A stretch of DNA of 64,000 bases, from NCBI GenBank assembly GCA_035285545.1, contig JAYKGY010000070.1:32001-96000 (forward strand), in the 5' to 3' direction. The position numbers and the translations under genes were made by a program. This DNA is from Snowella sp. (GTDB lineage: Bacteria > Cyanobacteriota > Cyanobacteriia > Cyanobacteriales > Microcystaceae). The number at the start of each line of letters is the position of its first letter. Position 1 is the first letter of the stretch. The notes below the pieces were generated by a model. It was not told where the DNA came from, ran no database searches, and saw nothing but the letters and a program-made list of their open reading frames with translations. Shown one piece after another: positions 1-10,872 of this stretch.

Positions 1-239
1 CCGATCCAAACGTGATCCCCGACCTTTAATCGCCAGGGAAATTTAATTTTGACCCCTGGCTTGATCACCATACCCTGACCGATCTCTGCACCAAATAGTC
101 GTAAAATAAAAACTTTAAAAGCCGAAAGAGGAATTAAATGGGTTCGGCAGAGAAAATCTCCAACAAAAAACCAGAGAAGCCGCTTCAAAATAGGAGCACC
201 AGGATGGTAGTGGCTCACTTTATAGGTATTGAGGTACAT
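1..239 (-). CDS. WcaF/HpsU-family polysaccharide O-acetyltransferase, 5' part only (runs off the window)
   Basis: Hand translation from ATG at 239: [27 protein letters not shown]...[35 protein letters not shown], a typical WcaF hexapeptide-repeat segment. Not in the ORF track. Confidence 0.85.
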   Translation of the reverse strand, partial: [79 protein letters not shown]

Positions 240-595
240 GATTGATTAAAAGGAGTAAATTAAAAAATTTTTAAAATATAAAATCAACCCTGAAACATTG
301 AATTTTCTGGGCGCAAAGCCTGTTTTATGCTTATCAAAAGGAAGAAAATAAAAGAGATTAAAACAGCTTAAAAAAGATAGCTTTTAATATGTTTTCAGGA
401 TAAAGTAACTTTGTGAAAAATGTGTGAAGGATTGACGGATTCTCTTTTGAAGCGTTGGCAGTGAGTCCAGAGGCAAAAAATTGAAGATCCTAATAACAAA
501 GGAGACAAACACTATTCATCAATAGCTTTATCTCCTCCTATCTCCTAAAAAAAGACGATATTTAAATTTTTCAATGAAAATGAGTGTTATCAAAG

Positions 596-871
596 TTAAC
601 TTTCAGAAAAAATCATTTTTTTTAAAATAGAGGGTTCTAAACTTTCATCAAAAATAGTTAAATTTTTGGGTTTGCATCGCTTAATTTCGACTTGAACCCC
701 CTGGGCACCTTCTCCTAACAAATCTTCAAGATAGCCATCCTTTGCCCCTTCAGCTTCAGCTTTAGAAAGAAAAGGGCCAAAATAGTAAGTGCATCGAGGA
801 ATTGCCGTGCCAATCTCAACCCAAAACGCGAATCCTAGTAAATTCAGTAGTTGCAATAAAGTTTCCTTCAT
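596..871 (-). CDS. DUF1816-family small cyanobacterial protein
   Basis: WVEI..PRCTYYFGPF...GYLEDL..EGAQG motif. Confidence 0.85.
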   Translation of the reverse strand: MKETLLQLLNLLGFAFWVEIGTAIPRCTYYFGPFLSKAEAEGAKDGYLEDLLGEGAQGVQVEIKRCKPKNLTIFDESLEPSILKKMIFSES

Positions 872-954
872 GCGTTTGTTCCTTATTTTGGTTATTTAGC
901 TGCTATTGTACCTGAGTTTGCAATGTTTCTTTACATTACAAATAATTGTTTTAG

Positions 955-2088
955 TTATACTTCCAAGTCTTGATTAAGAGCGGTCTTCGCTGATACAGTT
1001 TCCATATGAAATTTATGGCTGCTTCGCTGACGGTAAACTTCATAGAGGGTAATCCCTGCGGCAACGGAGGCATTTAAACTCGGGGTTTTCCCCCCCAAGG
1101 GAATCGAAATCAATTCATCGCAATGGCGTTGCGTTAACAGACTCAATCCCTCTCCCTCAGAACCAATCACTAAACCCACAGGCCCCCGCAAGTCTAAATT
1201 TTGAATGAGTTTGCCTTGGCCGGCTGCGGTTCCATAGATCCAAAAACCTTCACTTTTTAAGGCTTCTAAAGACCGACTCAGGTTTACGACCCGCGCAACC
1301 GCTAAATGTTCTAAGGCTCCTGCGGCGACCTTCAGGACGGCAGAGGTAATGCCTACCGCCCGACGTTGGGGAATGATTAAACCTTGGGCCCCAAAAGCTT
1401 CAGCCGTACGGATAATAGCGCCGAGATTATGGGGATCGGTAATACTATCGAGGATAATAATGACGGGATCGGGACGCTGGGCTTTGGCCTGTTGAATAAG
1501 TTCGTCGAGATCTTTATAGGTATAGGGAGCCACTTGGGCCGCAACGCCTTGATGGTTTGCGCCTTGGGTCAGTTGGTTGAGCCGTTGAATTTCCACTTCA
1601 TCAATCACTGCTCCTTTGGCTTTGGCTTCATTCAACAGGGAGTGAAAGCGGGGATCGTAGTGTAACTTGGCAGTAATCCAGATCCGATTGAGTTGCCGAT
1701 CGCTTTTGAGGGCAGCAATCACCGGATGGCGGCCATAGATCAGATCATTGTCTTGATCGGCTTCTTCTGGGTTTGGAAATTCCTGAATCGGGGCGATCGC
1801 GTTTCGGTCAGTTTGGTCTCGAAAGACTGAGGGATCGCGGTCTTCTGCCAAAACCGGAGAAACATCCGGCAAGACTTTTCTATTCGCACGCTGGGAAAGG
1901 GACGGTAACCTTTTTCCCGTTTTCAATCTCAGGGAAGATTCCGAATTCAATTGGGGTTTTGCCCCTTTAAACTTTGTCTTGAACGGTTTCCCGCCAGAAG
2001 ATTGCTCATTACCTTTACGGAAAGGCTTACGACTAGGCTTTTGACCTCTATGAGGTTTTTCTATCATAAATAACTCAGGAAAATGCAA
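955..2088 (-). CDS. rlmB: 23S rRNA (guanosine-2'-O)-methyltransferase RlmB (SpoU family) with a basic N-terminal extension; true start may be the ATG at 2067
   Basis: [34 protein letters not shown] and [14 protein letters not shown] motifs. Confidence 0.92.
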   Translation of the reverse strand: MHFPELFMIEKPHRGQKPSRKPFRKGNEQSSGGKPFKTKFKGAKPQLNSESSLRLKTGKRLPSLSQRANRKVLPDVSPVLAEDRDPSVFRDQTDRNAIAPIQEFPNPEEADQDNDLIYGRHPVIAALKSDRQLNRIWITAKLHYDPRFHSLLNEAKAKGAVIDEVEIQRLNQLTQGANHQGVAAQVAPYTYKDLDELIQQAKAQRPDPVIIILDSITDPHNLGAIIRTAEAFGAQGLIIPQRRAVGITSAVLKVAAGALEHLAVARVVNLSRSLEALKSEGFWIYGTAAGQGKLIQNLDLRGPVGLVIGSEGEGLSLLTQRHCDELISIPLGGKTPSLNASVAAGITLYEVYRQRSSHKFHMETVSAKTALNQDLEV

Positions 2089-2313
2089 GGGATAAACGTG
2101 TGGCTCAACACTGTAGGGTTGAAAACTATCAATTTGTCAAAGTTCAGAAATTCGCAATAAGTAATTAGACAATTTTTCTAATGAATTTAGCAAGACTCGA
2201 TAAAATATAACAAAATATACAAGATTAATCGATTAAACCGGAGTCGATTCCCCCCGACGCGATCGCGCGCCCCTGGCCTTGACCTTTGAACCAACAGAAG
2301 TTCAACAACGGGA

Positions 2314-2796
2314 TTAAGCAGAAAGATTTAAATACTTTAGCAGTTCTTGTAAGCGAGTCGGATCATTTAAGTAAAGATAACCCAATAAGGTTTCCAAGCT
2401 AGTTGCCTGCTGGTAGAGTTCGGGAGACAAACGACGGGGACAGCCCGAAGCCGCATTTCGCCCACGACGCACAATATCCTTTTCTATCTCTGTTAAATGA
2501 GGTTCTAACCGATGAAGAGACGCAGCCTGACTTTCTGCCCGAACCTGGGCTACCACTTGATGGTGATAATCCGCAACCCGTTTAGGCGGCAAGAGAAACC
2601 GAGTCCGCACATAAAGCTCATAGACCGCATCTCCTAAATAGGCTAATGAGCTTGGCGATAATTGATTGAGAGGAATCGCCTTTTTCTGATCAATGTTCTC
2701 TATCGCAGCTAAATTGGCCTCAAAAATAGTATCTGATGGCCTATTTACCTTGACGGATAAATCCGAATCAGCAGACATTTCCGCAACATTTGTCAT
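2314..2796 (-). CDS. mrnC: Mini-ribonuclease III (MrnC)
   Basis: LAYLGDAVYELYVR, RRGRNA and YQQATSLETLLGYLY; sits upstream of rlmB as is usual. Confidence 0.9.
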   Translation of the reverse strand: MTNVAEMSADSDLSVKVNRPSDTIFEANLAAIENIDQKKAIPLNQLSPSSLAYLGDAVYELYVRTRFLLPPKRVADYHHQVVAQVRAESQAASLHRLEPHLTEIEKDIVRRGRNAASGCPRRLSPELYQQATSLETLLGYLYLNDPTRLQELLKYLNLSA

Positions 2797-2877
2797 TAAT
2801 TTTCGGAATTAATAAAAAGAAAATGAATAAGTGAAATGAAAGTCACTACAGTTATCGATCAGAAAAACAGTGAACCT

Positions 2878-3249
2878 TTACTCCTCTGGTTTGCCAGCGG
2901 TAAGTGCTTCATCTAAGGTGGAATGCAACGGCAAGAATTTCTCTAACCGGACTAATTTAACCGTTTGGGTAACACGAGGATTGGTGACAATCTGGAGGTT
3001 GCCATTCTTGTTTTTCGCTTGCTTGGTAAGTTGGACTAATGCGCCCAATCCGGAACTATCCAAAAAATCAATTTTAGACAAATCCAGAACGACATTAGCG
3101 GGCCCGCTTTCGATCAGATCTCCGAGGACTTTTCTAAAAGTCGGCTCCGAAAAAGCATCAAGTAGGCCAGTGAGGCGAAATATCTGCTGAGAATCCTGAA
3201 TTTCGTGAGTTCCTCGCAAACTCACCGTCAGGTTTAATGGTTCAGGAAT
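2878..3249 (-). CDS. STAS-domain anti-sigma factor antagonist; start probably ATT at 3249 (track uses GTG at 3225)
   Basis: VVLDLSKIDFLDSSGLGALV STAS motif; AGGAGG lies 5 nt upstream of an in-frame ATT. Confidence 0.88.
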   Translation of the reverse strand: MPEPLNLTVSLRGTHEIQDSQQIFRLTGLLDAFSEPTFRKVLGDLIESGPANVVLDLSKIDFLDSSGLGALVQLTKQAKNKNGNLQIVTNPRVTQTVKLVRLEKFLPLHSTLDEALTAGKPEE

Positions 3250-3506
3250 AAGTTCCTCCTTAATACCGTGAGTATTAACAAATAGGTCAATAAGGAATTT
3301 TATCTTATTTTTGTAAAAAAATGGGATATCAAATTGACTGAGGAGGGATTAAGCAACGCGAAACAAGCGGTTAACCCCTTCCTGAATCGTTATTCACAGA
3401 CAAGGCTGATTTAATTCCTGTTTATAATGTTTAAGATGCGCTAAAACGCTTTGAATGATTAGATTTACGCATTGAGACAATCGATTTGTCATTGCCAGAT
3501 TAGGCA

Positions 3507-3863
3507 TTAGCCCTCAATATCAATCAAAATTGCCTGGTTCTCGATGCGGGTAGGAAAAACACCCAGATCTTTTTCGGTGGCAACCATTCCCATCACTTTA
3601 CTGACCACAGGAGGAAAGGTAATCCATTCTTCCACTTTTCCCGTACAGAGATTAAAGGAACTGCGGTGCCAGGGACAGACGATCGCGCCACTTTCCGTAA
3701 TTTTTCCCTTTTTCATCGGTAACTTTAAATGGGGACAAGCATTTTCGACGGCGTAAATCGTTCCCTCATGGTTCAAAACCAAAATAGTTTTGTCGCCAAC
3801 TTTCACCACTTGTCTCGCACCGACGGGAAGCGCGTCTTGCGCTAGCACTTTTGTCCAAGCCAT
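3507..3863 (-). CDS. Small Rieske [2Fe-2S] ferredoxin (NirD-like); likely start MAWTKVL at 3863
   Basis: CPH...CPWH Rieske ligands. Confidence 0.88.
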   Translation of the reverse strand: MAWTKVLAQDALPVGARQVVKVGDKTILVLNHEGTIYAVENACPHLKLPMKKGKITESGAIVCPWHRSSFNLCTGKVEEWITFPPVVSKVMGMVATEKDLGVFPTRIENQAILIDIEG

Positions 3864-3963
3864 TTCAACTATCCTCTGATTGATGTTTAGTTTAAACCGT
3901 ACTGGATCTAGTTTAAGGGATCGAGCCATTTCCATTAATCAGGAATTCTGCAACCGAATACGC

Positions 3964-4428
3964 CTATAAACGAGGAGAACAACGATAAATAAACAGATCG
4001 CCATCCCGTTGAATTAATAATTTCTCCGCTTGGGCTAAACTCACATTTTCTTTGCGAGGAAAAGGGGCAATTTGGGAATCACAGGTGTAATACAGTTGAC
4101 GAGATTGCTCTGTTAATTTACTGCTACAACCGTCATACAAAATTTTTTGATTAATTTGGATAAAGGCTTCTTCTCCTTTCGTATGTAATGTCACCTTTCC
4201 ATTAGAATATTTAGCTCCCGATGCCGCTTTGACCGAGGGCAAATTTAAAATACTATCTCGTTGGAGTTGGAGATTCACCGAATTCTTTAAAAATTGGGCT
4301 TGAAAGGTTTTTCCGCCTTTGCAGCGATAAAGGGTGGGGGTTTCTTCCCCTTGAGCCAATGCAGGAAAAGGAGAGAGAGACAGGGTAGATATCAGGAGAG
4401 AGAGGCAAAACGGGAATTGCTTCAACAT
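3964..4428 (-). CDS. Secreted MliC/PliC-family (lysozyme-inhibitor fold) protein
   Basis: Signal peptide ending ALA; YRC...ASGAKYS...LHTKGEEA...C motif. Confidence 0.75.
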   Translation of the reverse strand: MLKQFPFCLSLLISTLSLSPFPALAQGEETPTLYRCKGGKTFQAQFLKNSVNLQLQRDSILNLPSVKAASGAKYSNGKVTLHTKGEEAFIQINQKILYDGCSSKLTEQSRQLYYTCDSQIAPFPRKENVSLAQAEKLLIQRDGDLFIYRCSPRL

Positions 4429-4847
4429 CAGAATTTTATGGGTGATGGAGGATAGGAAAGCACAATTAGCAGGATTTCATCAAACCCTAACTGATAGGAG
4501 AATGGAGAGTATCTCCTCAGGGAATCAAGCGAAAAACAGCCCTGATTTAATCGTAATTATGAGAACTATTGGTGAGTGATGATAACCCATAAAACCGCGA
4601 TTTTAAGGACTAAATTTACCTATTAAAGACGGCATTTGTAGATTGGGTTAAACTTTCTTTCTATCGTTAGGATTATATCATTAGAATTATTTACAAGGAA
4701 TGATCGAGAACGCAAAATAGAGTCAATGAATGATTTCCTCTTAGAGACAGGGAACTGAAATAGACAGTCTTGAAAACGATGTTTAAGAAACTTAACGCGG
4801 CTTCGTTGGGTCTAAAGGGTTAGCCATTAAGGTGATGGTGTATTTGT

Positions 4848-7800
4848 ATGACTAACCCCAATTCAAATCCCCCTCCTAATCGAAGGACACCGAATTCCCG
4901 ATTGACGGGCGCAATGCAGCGGCTGGCGAGGCCGTCTACCTGGATTTGGGCGGGGGTTGGCAGTGTTGTGGCGATCGCGGGATTTGTAGGAGTCCAACAG
5001 TTCACCTATCAACGACTACCCCGCTTATTAGAGTCCGAATTATCGCGATTATTACAACGTCCGGTTAAAATTGGCGAAGTTGAAAGCTTAACCTTCAACC
5101 AACTCCGTCTCGGCCCGTCTAGGGTTCCTCCGACTCCCACTGACCCCAACACCCTTACCATTCCTTCCACCAGGGTTACGTTTAATCCATTGGGGTATTT
5201 GGTTGGCAAACCCCTATTATTTGACGCAGAACTCATCAATCCCACTCTCTATCTACAGCAGGATAAAAACGGGCAATGGCTCCAATTGCAGCAGCCCCCC
5301 GGAGAAGGGAAATTAAATCTTTTGCTCGATGCCAATCTGTCCTTAAAAAATGCTCAGGTGGTGCTCAAACCCTATGGGAAAACAGGGACAATTCCGATCA
5401 ATGTGGTGGGGGATATCCGTTACCAAAATGATTTGGACAAACAACACCAATGGCTCGAATATAATGTCGCGATCGCCTTTAAAAATTCCCAACTCACCGC
5501 CCAGGGAAGTACCTATCTGGAAACGGGGCAAACCCAAGTTGCGTTAAAGCTGAATAAAGCCAGCCTACCTGAACTAACAGCGTTAATTCCCAATTTTCCC
5601 GCTGTGGTAAGTCAGGGCATTGGCAATGGAAACGTTAACCTAAATCTCCCTAGTACAGACCAATTAGCCCAAACCCAGACGTTAGGAAATTTAGCGTTAA
5701 ATAATGTCAAAGCAAAAATTGCGACCTTTAAAGATCCCCTACAAGTCAATTTAAATTTAGCATTACAAGGCCAACAAATTGTCATTCAACAGGGCAAACT
5801 TCGCTTAGGAAAACTGATTGCCGATCTCGGTGGTTTTATTGACTGGAAAACTGGCTATAATCTCAGCCTTAAAACCAATACCTTAAGTGTTCAAGATACC
5901 TTTAATACCTTTTCCATTAAAACCAATTTAGTTCCTGGGGGGAATATTCAAGGAACGTTTAAAATCACAGGTTTTTTGGGTAATCCCCTGGTTACTGGAA
6001 CATTAGTCAATAAAAGTCAATTAACCGTTGATAAGATTAATATTAAAACGTTTAATGCGGCAATTCGGGCGAATTTAAATCAAGTCTTGTTGCCCAACGT
6101 GGTTATTCAACCGACCCAAGGGGGAACCATTCTGGCGAACGGTCGAGTCGATATTAATCTCCGCAATTCTATCGAGCAAAATAAACCGATTCGTTGGCAA
6201 ACGATGCCTCTAGTGATCAATTTTCAAGGGCAATTACCCATCGAACCGATCATTCAACCCTACTATGTACCGCCGAGTAATGTGCGTCTAGCTCCCGTTC
6301 GTACCACAGGACGCATTCAAGGGACGTTAGCCAAAGCCGCGACTCGTATTCAATGGGTGTCTCTCCAGCCCAATCGAGTTGCCCAGGTTCCGGTTAACGG
6401 CCGGGGGGAAATCCTTTTATTTGATGAAAACCTAATCCTCCGCAATACGGTTTTACAAACGGATTCAGGGACGTTGGTGGTAGATGGGACAACCAATTTT
6501 AAGCGCGATCGCTGGCAAGCGACGGTTCAAGCCAATCAGTTTACGGTTACGCCTTTTTTAAATGCCTTTTGCCAACAAAATCTGATCCCCGACTGTCCAA
6601 CGGGGTTACGAACGGAACCGTTAACGATTACGACGGCAAATGTTACGGTAGGGGGAGAATTTGACCGTTTTGATCCCAATCGGTGGCAAGGATCGGGCAA
6701 TTTAACCTTGAGGGGACGAACCGAAGCGATCGCGGTGGAAGGCCGATTCAATCAGGGCAATCTTCAAGCGGATGTCGTGGCGACCAATGTGCGGCTCAAT
6801 CCCTATCTGGCACAACTCACCGTTCCGGTTACCGTCCAGCGGACCCAAGCCCAAGTATCGGGATCATTAAAGACCCTATGGACAGCGCAGGGCTTAAACC
6901 TCAACGATCTGCAAGGGAATGCCAAGGTTCAATTAACCGTTGCCAATAATCCCATTACGGCCAACGCCAGTTTAAATCAAGGTGTCCTGAAAACGGCCGC
7001 GAGTCTTAGTTCCATTCCCCTCAATGGACTGATCCCCAATTTACCTGTTCAGACCCGTTTAGTTAGCGGTAATGTTAATCTGGCGGGAAATTGGTCAGAT
7101 TATCGCGATTTCAATTTAAGACCCTTAACCGGCAATGCCAATCTCCGTTTAACCTTTGCGGGGAGTCCCGTTAACCTGAGAAGTGAAATTGATCAGGGGC
7201 AAGCTACCGCGATCGCCGATTTTGGCCGTCTTTCCCTCACTCGACTTATTCCTAACCTAAAGACCCCCGCCAGTGTTACCCAGGGGCGAATCACCGCAAC
7301 AGCAGATTTAGAACAGGTTTTAAACCCTAACCCGAACTTCCAAAGTCTAGACGCGATCGCCGATATTCAAGGCACAATTGATGGTTTAGCCGTTTCTACC
7401 ACCACTGCCTTAAACAATAATCGCTGGCAAAGCCTGATCCAGACCACTAGCCGCAATGGAGGGGGAACTTTACCGAGTTTACCACCCGAAATCAGCCGCT
7501 TAATAACCGATAACTTTACTGCTAATTTACGCTTATCGGGGCCCCTCGCTCCCCTATTGACCCAGACTCCCACCTTACCCATTCGAGCCGAAGCCGTTTC
7601 TATCCGTTCAGGGCAAAAAACCGTACAAGCCCAAGGGAATTTAGTTTTAGCCCAACTCTTTAGCAATCCCCAACTGGGTCAGGTTAACTTGGCTGTTCAG
7701 GCTAATTCCTCCTTGAATGATCCCCTGGTCAATCGGCTAATTCAAAATGCCTTGGCCAATGTAAACCCACGGTTTCGTCCCGCTGAAGTCAAACTGGCCG

Positions 7801-10748
7801 GTTCAGCTAATTTTGTGGGCAATATCCAGGGAACCCAAGTGACTTCCTTAGATAATCTCCGTTTAGCAGGCAATGTCACCCTCAATAATTTCGTTTTTAA
7901 TGATCAACGGTTTGAACCGCAATTGGCAGGAACCGTAAAGATTCAAGGAACGGATCGCTTAGCCCTCAATTTACAAGGCCAAGAAGATGTTATTGCGCTC
8001 ACCTTAGAATCCTGTGCCCGTTGTGCCTTTCCCTACATGCCAGTGGCCTTTAATCTTCGTCAAACCTATGGCGATACTATCCCCCTCATTGCGGAAGGAA
8101 TCCGTCAAGGCGATCGCCTGGCGATAACGATCACCGAATTTCCCTTAGCCGTTCTCAATCTACCAGCCTATAACTTTCCGGGGACGGTACAAGGAAGCCT
8201 GAATGCCCAACTGAATTTAAATATTACTAACCTAACGGGACGGGGAAAGGTTCAAATACAAAATTTAGGGGTCGGCAATTTGGTAGCGGATAATTTCAGT
8301 ACCGAAATTGATTATCAAAATAATTTTCTGCAATTTAATAACACGACGTTACGCTTAGGAGACAGTGACTATCGCTTTAGTGCAGGATTAAATCTGCAAA
8401 ATCAAGCTATTCAAGCCCGTTTAAGCATTAAACAAGGCCGTATCCAAAATTTATTAACGGCCTTACAAGTGTCCGATGTGGACTCTTTAATTCGCCTTTT
8501 CCAATTTGATCCCCGGAATTATGCCGATGCCCAACAAGTTCCCCCTGTCTCCGTAGGCCGACCCAATGCGCCTCTCTCAGAGCAACTTAATTTGTTGTAT
8601 TACATTGACCAAACCATTCGGCAATTGGCCCAACGCTATGAACAAGGCGGGATTCCCAATGAATTACGGATTGAAGGACTGGTCAACGCGGAGATTGCCC
8701 TTTCCGGAACCCTGACGCAACCCCAAATTGATATGGATGTGAGTGGAGAAAATTGGAGTTGGTATCCCCAGCCCGCTTTTCCGGCCATTATTCCTCCCTT
8801 GGGGTTGGTGATGACCGATAGTCGTTTTATTCCGATTCATCGTGTCAATTTACAAGCCAGTTTAACGGATGGGGTTTTAACGGTTCAACCGTCTTCTATT
8901 CAAGTTAAAAATTCCCTCCTGTCTCTGGAAGGAAACTTTTCTACCCAACAAAATTCAGCAATTTGGGAAATTGAAAATTTATCCCTGGATACGATTAATA
9001 CGTTGGTGCGCTTACCGGCGGATATTACGGGAGATATTAATGCCCAAGGCAGTATTACAGGCACCCTCACCAGACCTCAACTCCGGGGCGAATTTTCGTT
9101 TGTGAATGCTGCGGTGAATGCTCGCCCCATTGAACAGCGCATTGCCGGCAATTTTAACTACAGCGGCGATCGCTTACAGGTCATTACCGAACAGGACTCT
9201 CCCCTCTTTGCCTATGCAAGTATCCCCTATTCATTCGGGCCGAAACCCCAAAATGCCCCCCATAAAACCGAGCAATTTGAAGCCAGAGTTAGACTGAATA
9301 CGGACGCGCTCAAACTCTTAGGCGCTTTGACCCAAGATCAACTTGTCTGGCTGGGTGGTACCGGAGAAGTCAACCTATCTGCTGTCGGAAATTTAGAGAT
9401 TAATAATCAAGTCCGCCTCTCTGACTTTACAGCCCAAGGCTCCGTGACCTTACAGGATGCGGTTTTCCAAAGTCCAATCCTCCCTAGTCCCATCACGATG
9501 ACGGGGCAAATCAATTTAGATAATCGCTTAATTCGTGTTCAACAATTAGCAGGAACCTTCGCCCAAAGTCAGTTAATAATTGCCGGCGATCTCCCAATTT
9601 TTAGACCCCAAGAGACTCTAGAAAACCCCCTCAATTTAGTCATTAGTAAGGCAACATTAGACATTAATAATCTTTATCGAGGAGACTTAGAAGGCAACGT
9701 CATTGTCAAGGGGAGTGCCTTTGCGCCCGTCCTAAGTGGAGCCATTCAGTTAGCCAATGGACAAGTCTTTTTACCGGAACAGGTTGCCACCCAACCCGAT
9801 CAACTCATCAACCCCTGGTCTCGTCCCCGACAAACCAGAGCCTTAATTGTCCCCCGATTAGATAACCTGCAAATTAGCTTAAATAATCTCTTTATTGAGC
9901 AAGTTCCGTTATATGACTTTTCCTTTGGCGGTCAGTTAGCCCTGAATGGTTCTTTAGAGGATCTCAATCGCATTGAACCCCAAGGCGCGATTACCTTAAA
10001 TCGGGGACGAATTAGTTTTCTCGATACCCGTTTTCTCCTCGAAAGACGCTATGCCAATGAGATTGTATTTAGGCCCAATCAGGGGATCTTTAATCCCGAT
10101 CTCAATATTAGGATGCGGACGATTGTTTCTGAATTACCGCAATCCCAACGCCTCCGTTCGGCAGATAGCAGTGAGATTCCCGACGACACCTTGAATCGAG
10201 TACAACGGATCGATATTAATTTAGCGGTCAATGGATCGTTAAATCAATTACTGCCGAATCTGAATCAAAAGGATGCGAATATTTGTCGCTCTGCGAATGA
10301 ATTTCAACCCTTTACAAATACGGCGAATATCTCTAGAGAAAAACTGAATCAATTATCGACCTGCCTACAGGCTCTGACAACCCAGGGAGAAAATAATTCT
10401 CAACTGTTATCCAATCCCGCCATTCAACTATCCAGTAGCCCTCCCCGCAGTCAGGGGGAAATTGTGCGTTTATTAGGAGAACAATTTATCGTTTTAGCTG
10501 ATGCTTTACAGGGAAAAAGTACCGGACAACTGCTTCAATATGGGATTACTCAGTTAGCCATTCCGATGGTTTTCCAAGGCATTGTTTATGATATTGAAAC
10601 AACCATTAGTAGCTGGGTGGGGAGTACGGATATTCGAGTGGTTCCTTATTTGGAAGCGATTTATGAAGTTGATAAAAATAGCTACGTCCGTTTTTCCTAC
10701 GACTATAATTTTAATGAAGTCAGAGTCCGTTATGAACAACAATTTTAA
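4848..10748 (+). CDS. Translocation/assembly module TamB-like (AsmA/DUF490) protein
   Basis: 1966 aa; N-terminal TM anchor; long beta-rich body; C-terminal LSSSPPRSQGEIVRLLG and aromatic-ending C-terminus typical of cyanobacterial TamB. Confidence 0.8.
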   Translation: MTNPNSNPPPNRRTPNSRLTGAMQRLARPSTWIWAGVGSVVAIAGFVGVQQFTYQRLPRLLESELSRLLQRPVKIGEVESLTFNQLRLGPSRVPPTPTDPNTLTIPSTRVTFNPLGYLVGKPLLFDAELINPTLYLQQDKNGQWLQLQQPPGEGKLNLLLDANLSLKNAQVVLKPYGKTGTIPINVVGDIRYQNDLDKQHQWLEYNVAIAFKNSQLTAQGSTYLETGQTQVALKLNKASLPELTALIPNFPAVVSQGIGNGNVNLNLPSTDQLAQTQTLGNLALNNVKAKIATFKDPLQVNLNLALQGQQIVIQQGKLRLGKLIADLGGFIDWKTGYNLSLKTNTLSVQDTFNTFSIKTNLVPGGNIQGTFKITGFLGNPLVTGTLVNKSQLTVDKINIKTFNAAIRANLNQVLLPNVVIQPTQGGTILANGRVDINLRNSIEQNKPIRWQTMPLVINFQGQLPIEPIIQPYYVPPSNVRLAPVRTTGRIQGTLAKAATRIQWVSLQPNRVAQVPVNGRGEILLFDENLILRNTVLQTDSGTLVVDGTTNFKRDRWQATVQANQFTVTPFLNAFCQQNLIPDCPTGLRTEPLTITTANVTVGGEFDRFDPNRWQGSGNLTLRGRTEAIAVEGRFNQGNLQADVVATNVRLNPYLAQLTVPVTVQRTQAQVSGSLKTLWTAQGLNLNDLQGNAKVQLTVANNPITANASLNQGVLKTAASLSSIPLNGLIPNLPVQTRLVSGNVNLAGNWSDYRDFNLRPLTGNANLRLTFAGSPVNLRSEIDQGQATAIADFGRLSLTRLIPNLKTPASVTQGRITATADLEQVLNPNPNFQSLDAIADIQGTIDGLAVSTTTALNNNRWQSLIQTTSRNGGGTLPSLPPEISRLITDNFTANLRLSGPLAPLLTQTPTLPIRAEAVSIRSGQKTVQAQGNLVLAQLFSNPQLGQVNLAVQANSSLNDPLVNRLIQNALANVNPRFRPAEVKLAGSANFVGNIQGTQVTSLDNLRLAGNVTLNNFVFNDQRFEPQLAGTVKIQGTDRLALNLQGQEDVIALTLESCARCAFPYMPVAFNLRQTYGDTIPLIAEGIRQGDRLAITITEFPLAVLNLPAYNFPGTVQGSLNAQLNLNITNLTGRGKVQIQNLGVGNLVADNFSTEIDYQNNFLQFNNTTLRLGDSDYRFSAGLNLQNQAIQARLSIKQGRIQNLLTALQVSDVDSLIRLFQFDPRNYADAQQVPPVSVGRPNAPLSEQLNLLYYIDQTIRQLAQRYEQGGIPNELRIEGLVNAEIALSGTLTQPQIDMDVSGENWSWYPQPAFPAIIPPLGLVMTDSRFIPIHRVNLQASLTDGVLTVQPSSIQVKNSLLSLEGNFSTQQNSAIWEIENLSLDTINTLVRLPADITGDINAQGSITGTLTRPQLRGEFSFVNAAVNARPIEQRIAGNFNYSGDRLQVITEQDSPLFAYASIPYSFGPKPQNAPHKTEQFEARVRLNTDALKLLGALTQDQLVWLGGTGEVNLSAVGNLEINNQVRLSDFTAQGSVTLQDAVFQSPILPSPITMTGQINLDNRLIRVQQLAGTFAQSQLIIAGDLPIFRPQETLENPLNLVISKATLDINNLYRGDLEGNVIVKGSAFAPVLSGAIQLANGQVFLPEQVATQPDQLINPWSRPRQTRALIVPRLDNLQISLNNLFIEQVPLYDFSFGGQLALNGSLEDLNRIEPQGAITLNRGRISFLDTRFLLERRYANEIVFRPNQGIFNPDLNIRMRTIVSELPQSQRLRSADSSEIPDDTLNRVQRIDINLAVNGSLNQLLPNLNQKDANICRSANEFQPFTNTANISREKLNQLSTCLQALTTQGENNSQLLSNPAIQLSSSPPRSQGEIVRLLGEQFIVLADALQGKSTGQLLQYGITQLAIPMVFQGIVYDIETTISSWVGSTDIRVVPYLEAIYEVDKNSYVRFSYDYNFNEVRVRYEQQF

Positions 10749-10872
10749 TTGGCTTTGATAGTAGTCTTCATGGGATAGAAAGCTTGGCCCAAGAACGGGG
10801 AAGATGACGGGATATCACCCTTGACCGTTCTAAAGCGTTAATCCAAGAAATCCATTAGTATTACTATCAGTC

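Noticed and set aside
2870..3190. Plus-strand ORF overlapping the STAS gene, and similar short overlapping ORFs within rlmB, tamB, purA, ndhF4, argZ, gltD, hemL, rbp and glsF
   Set aside because: They overlap well-supported genes and have no recognisable motifs
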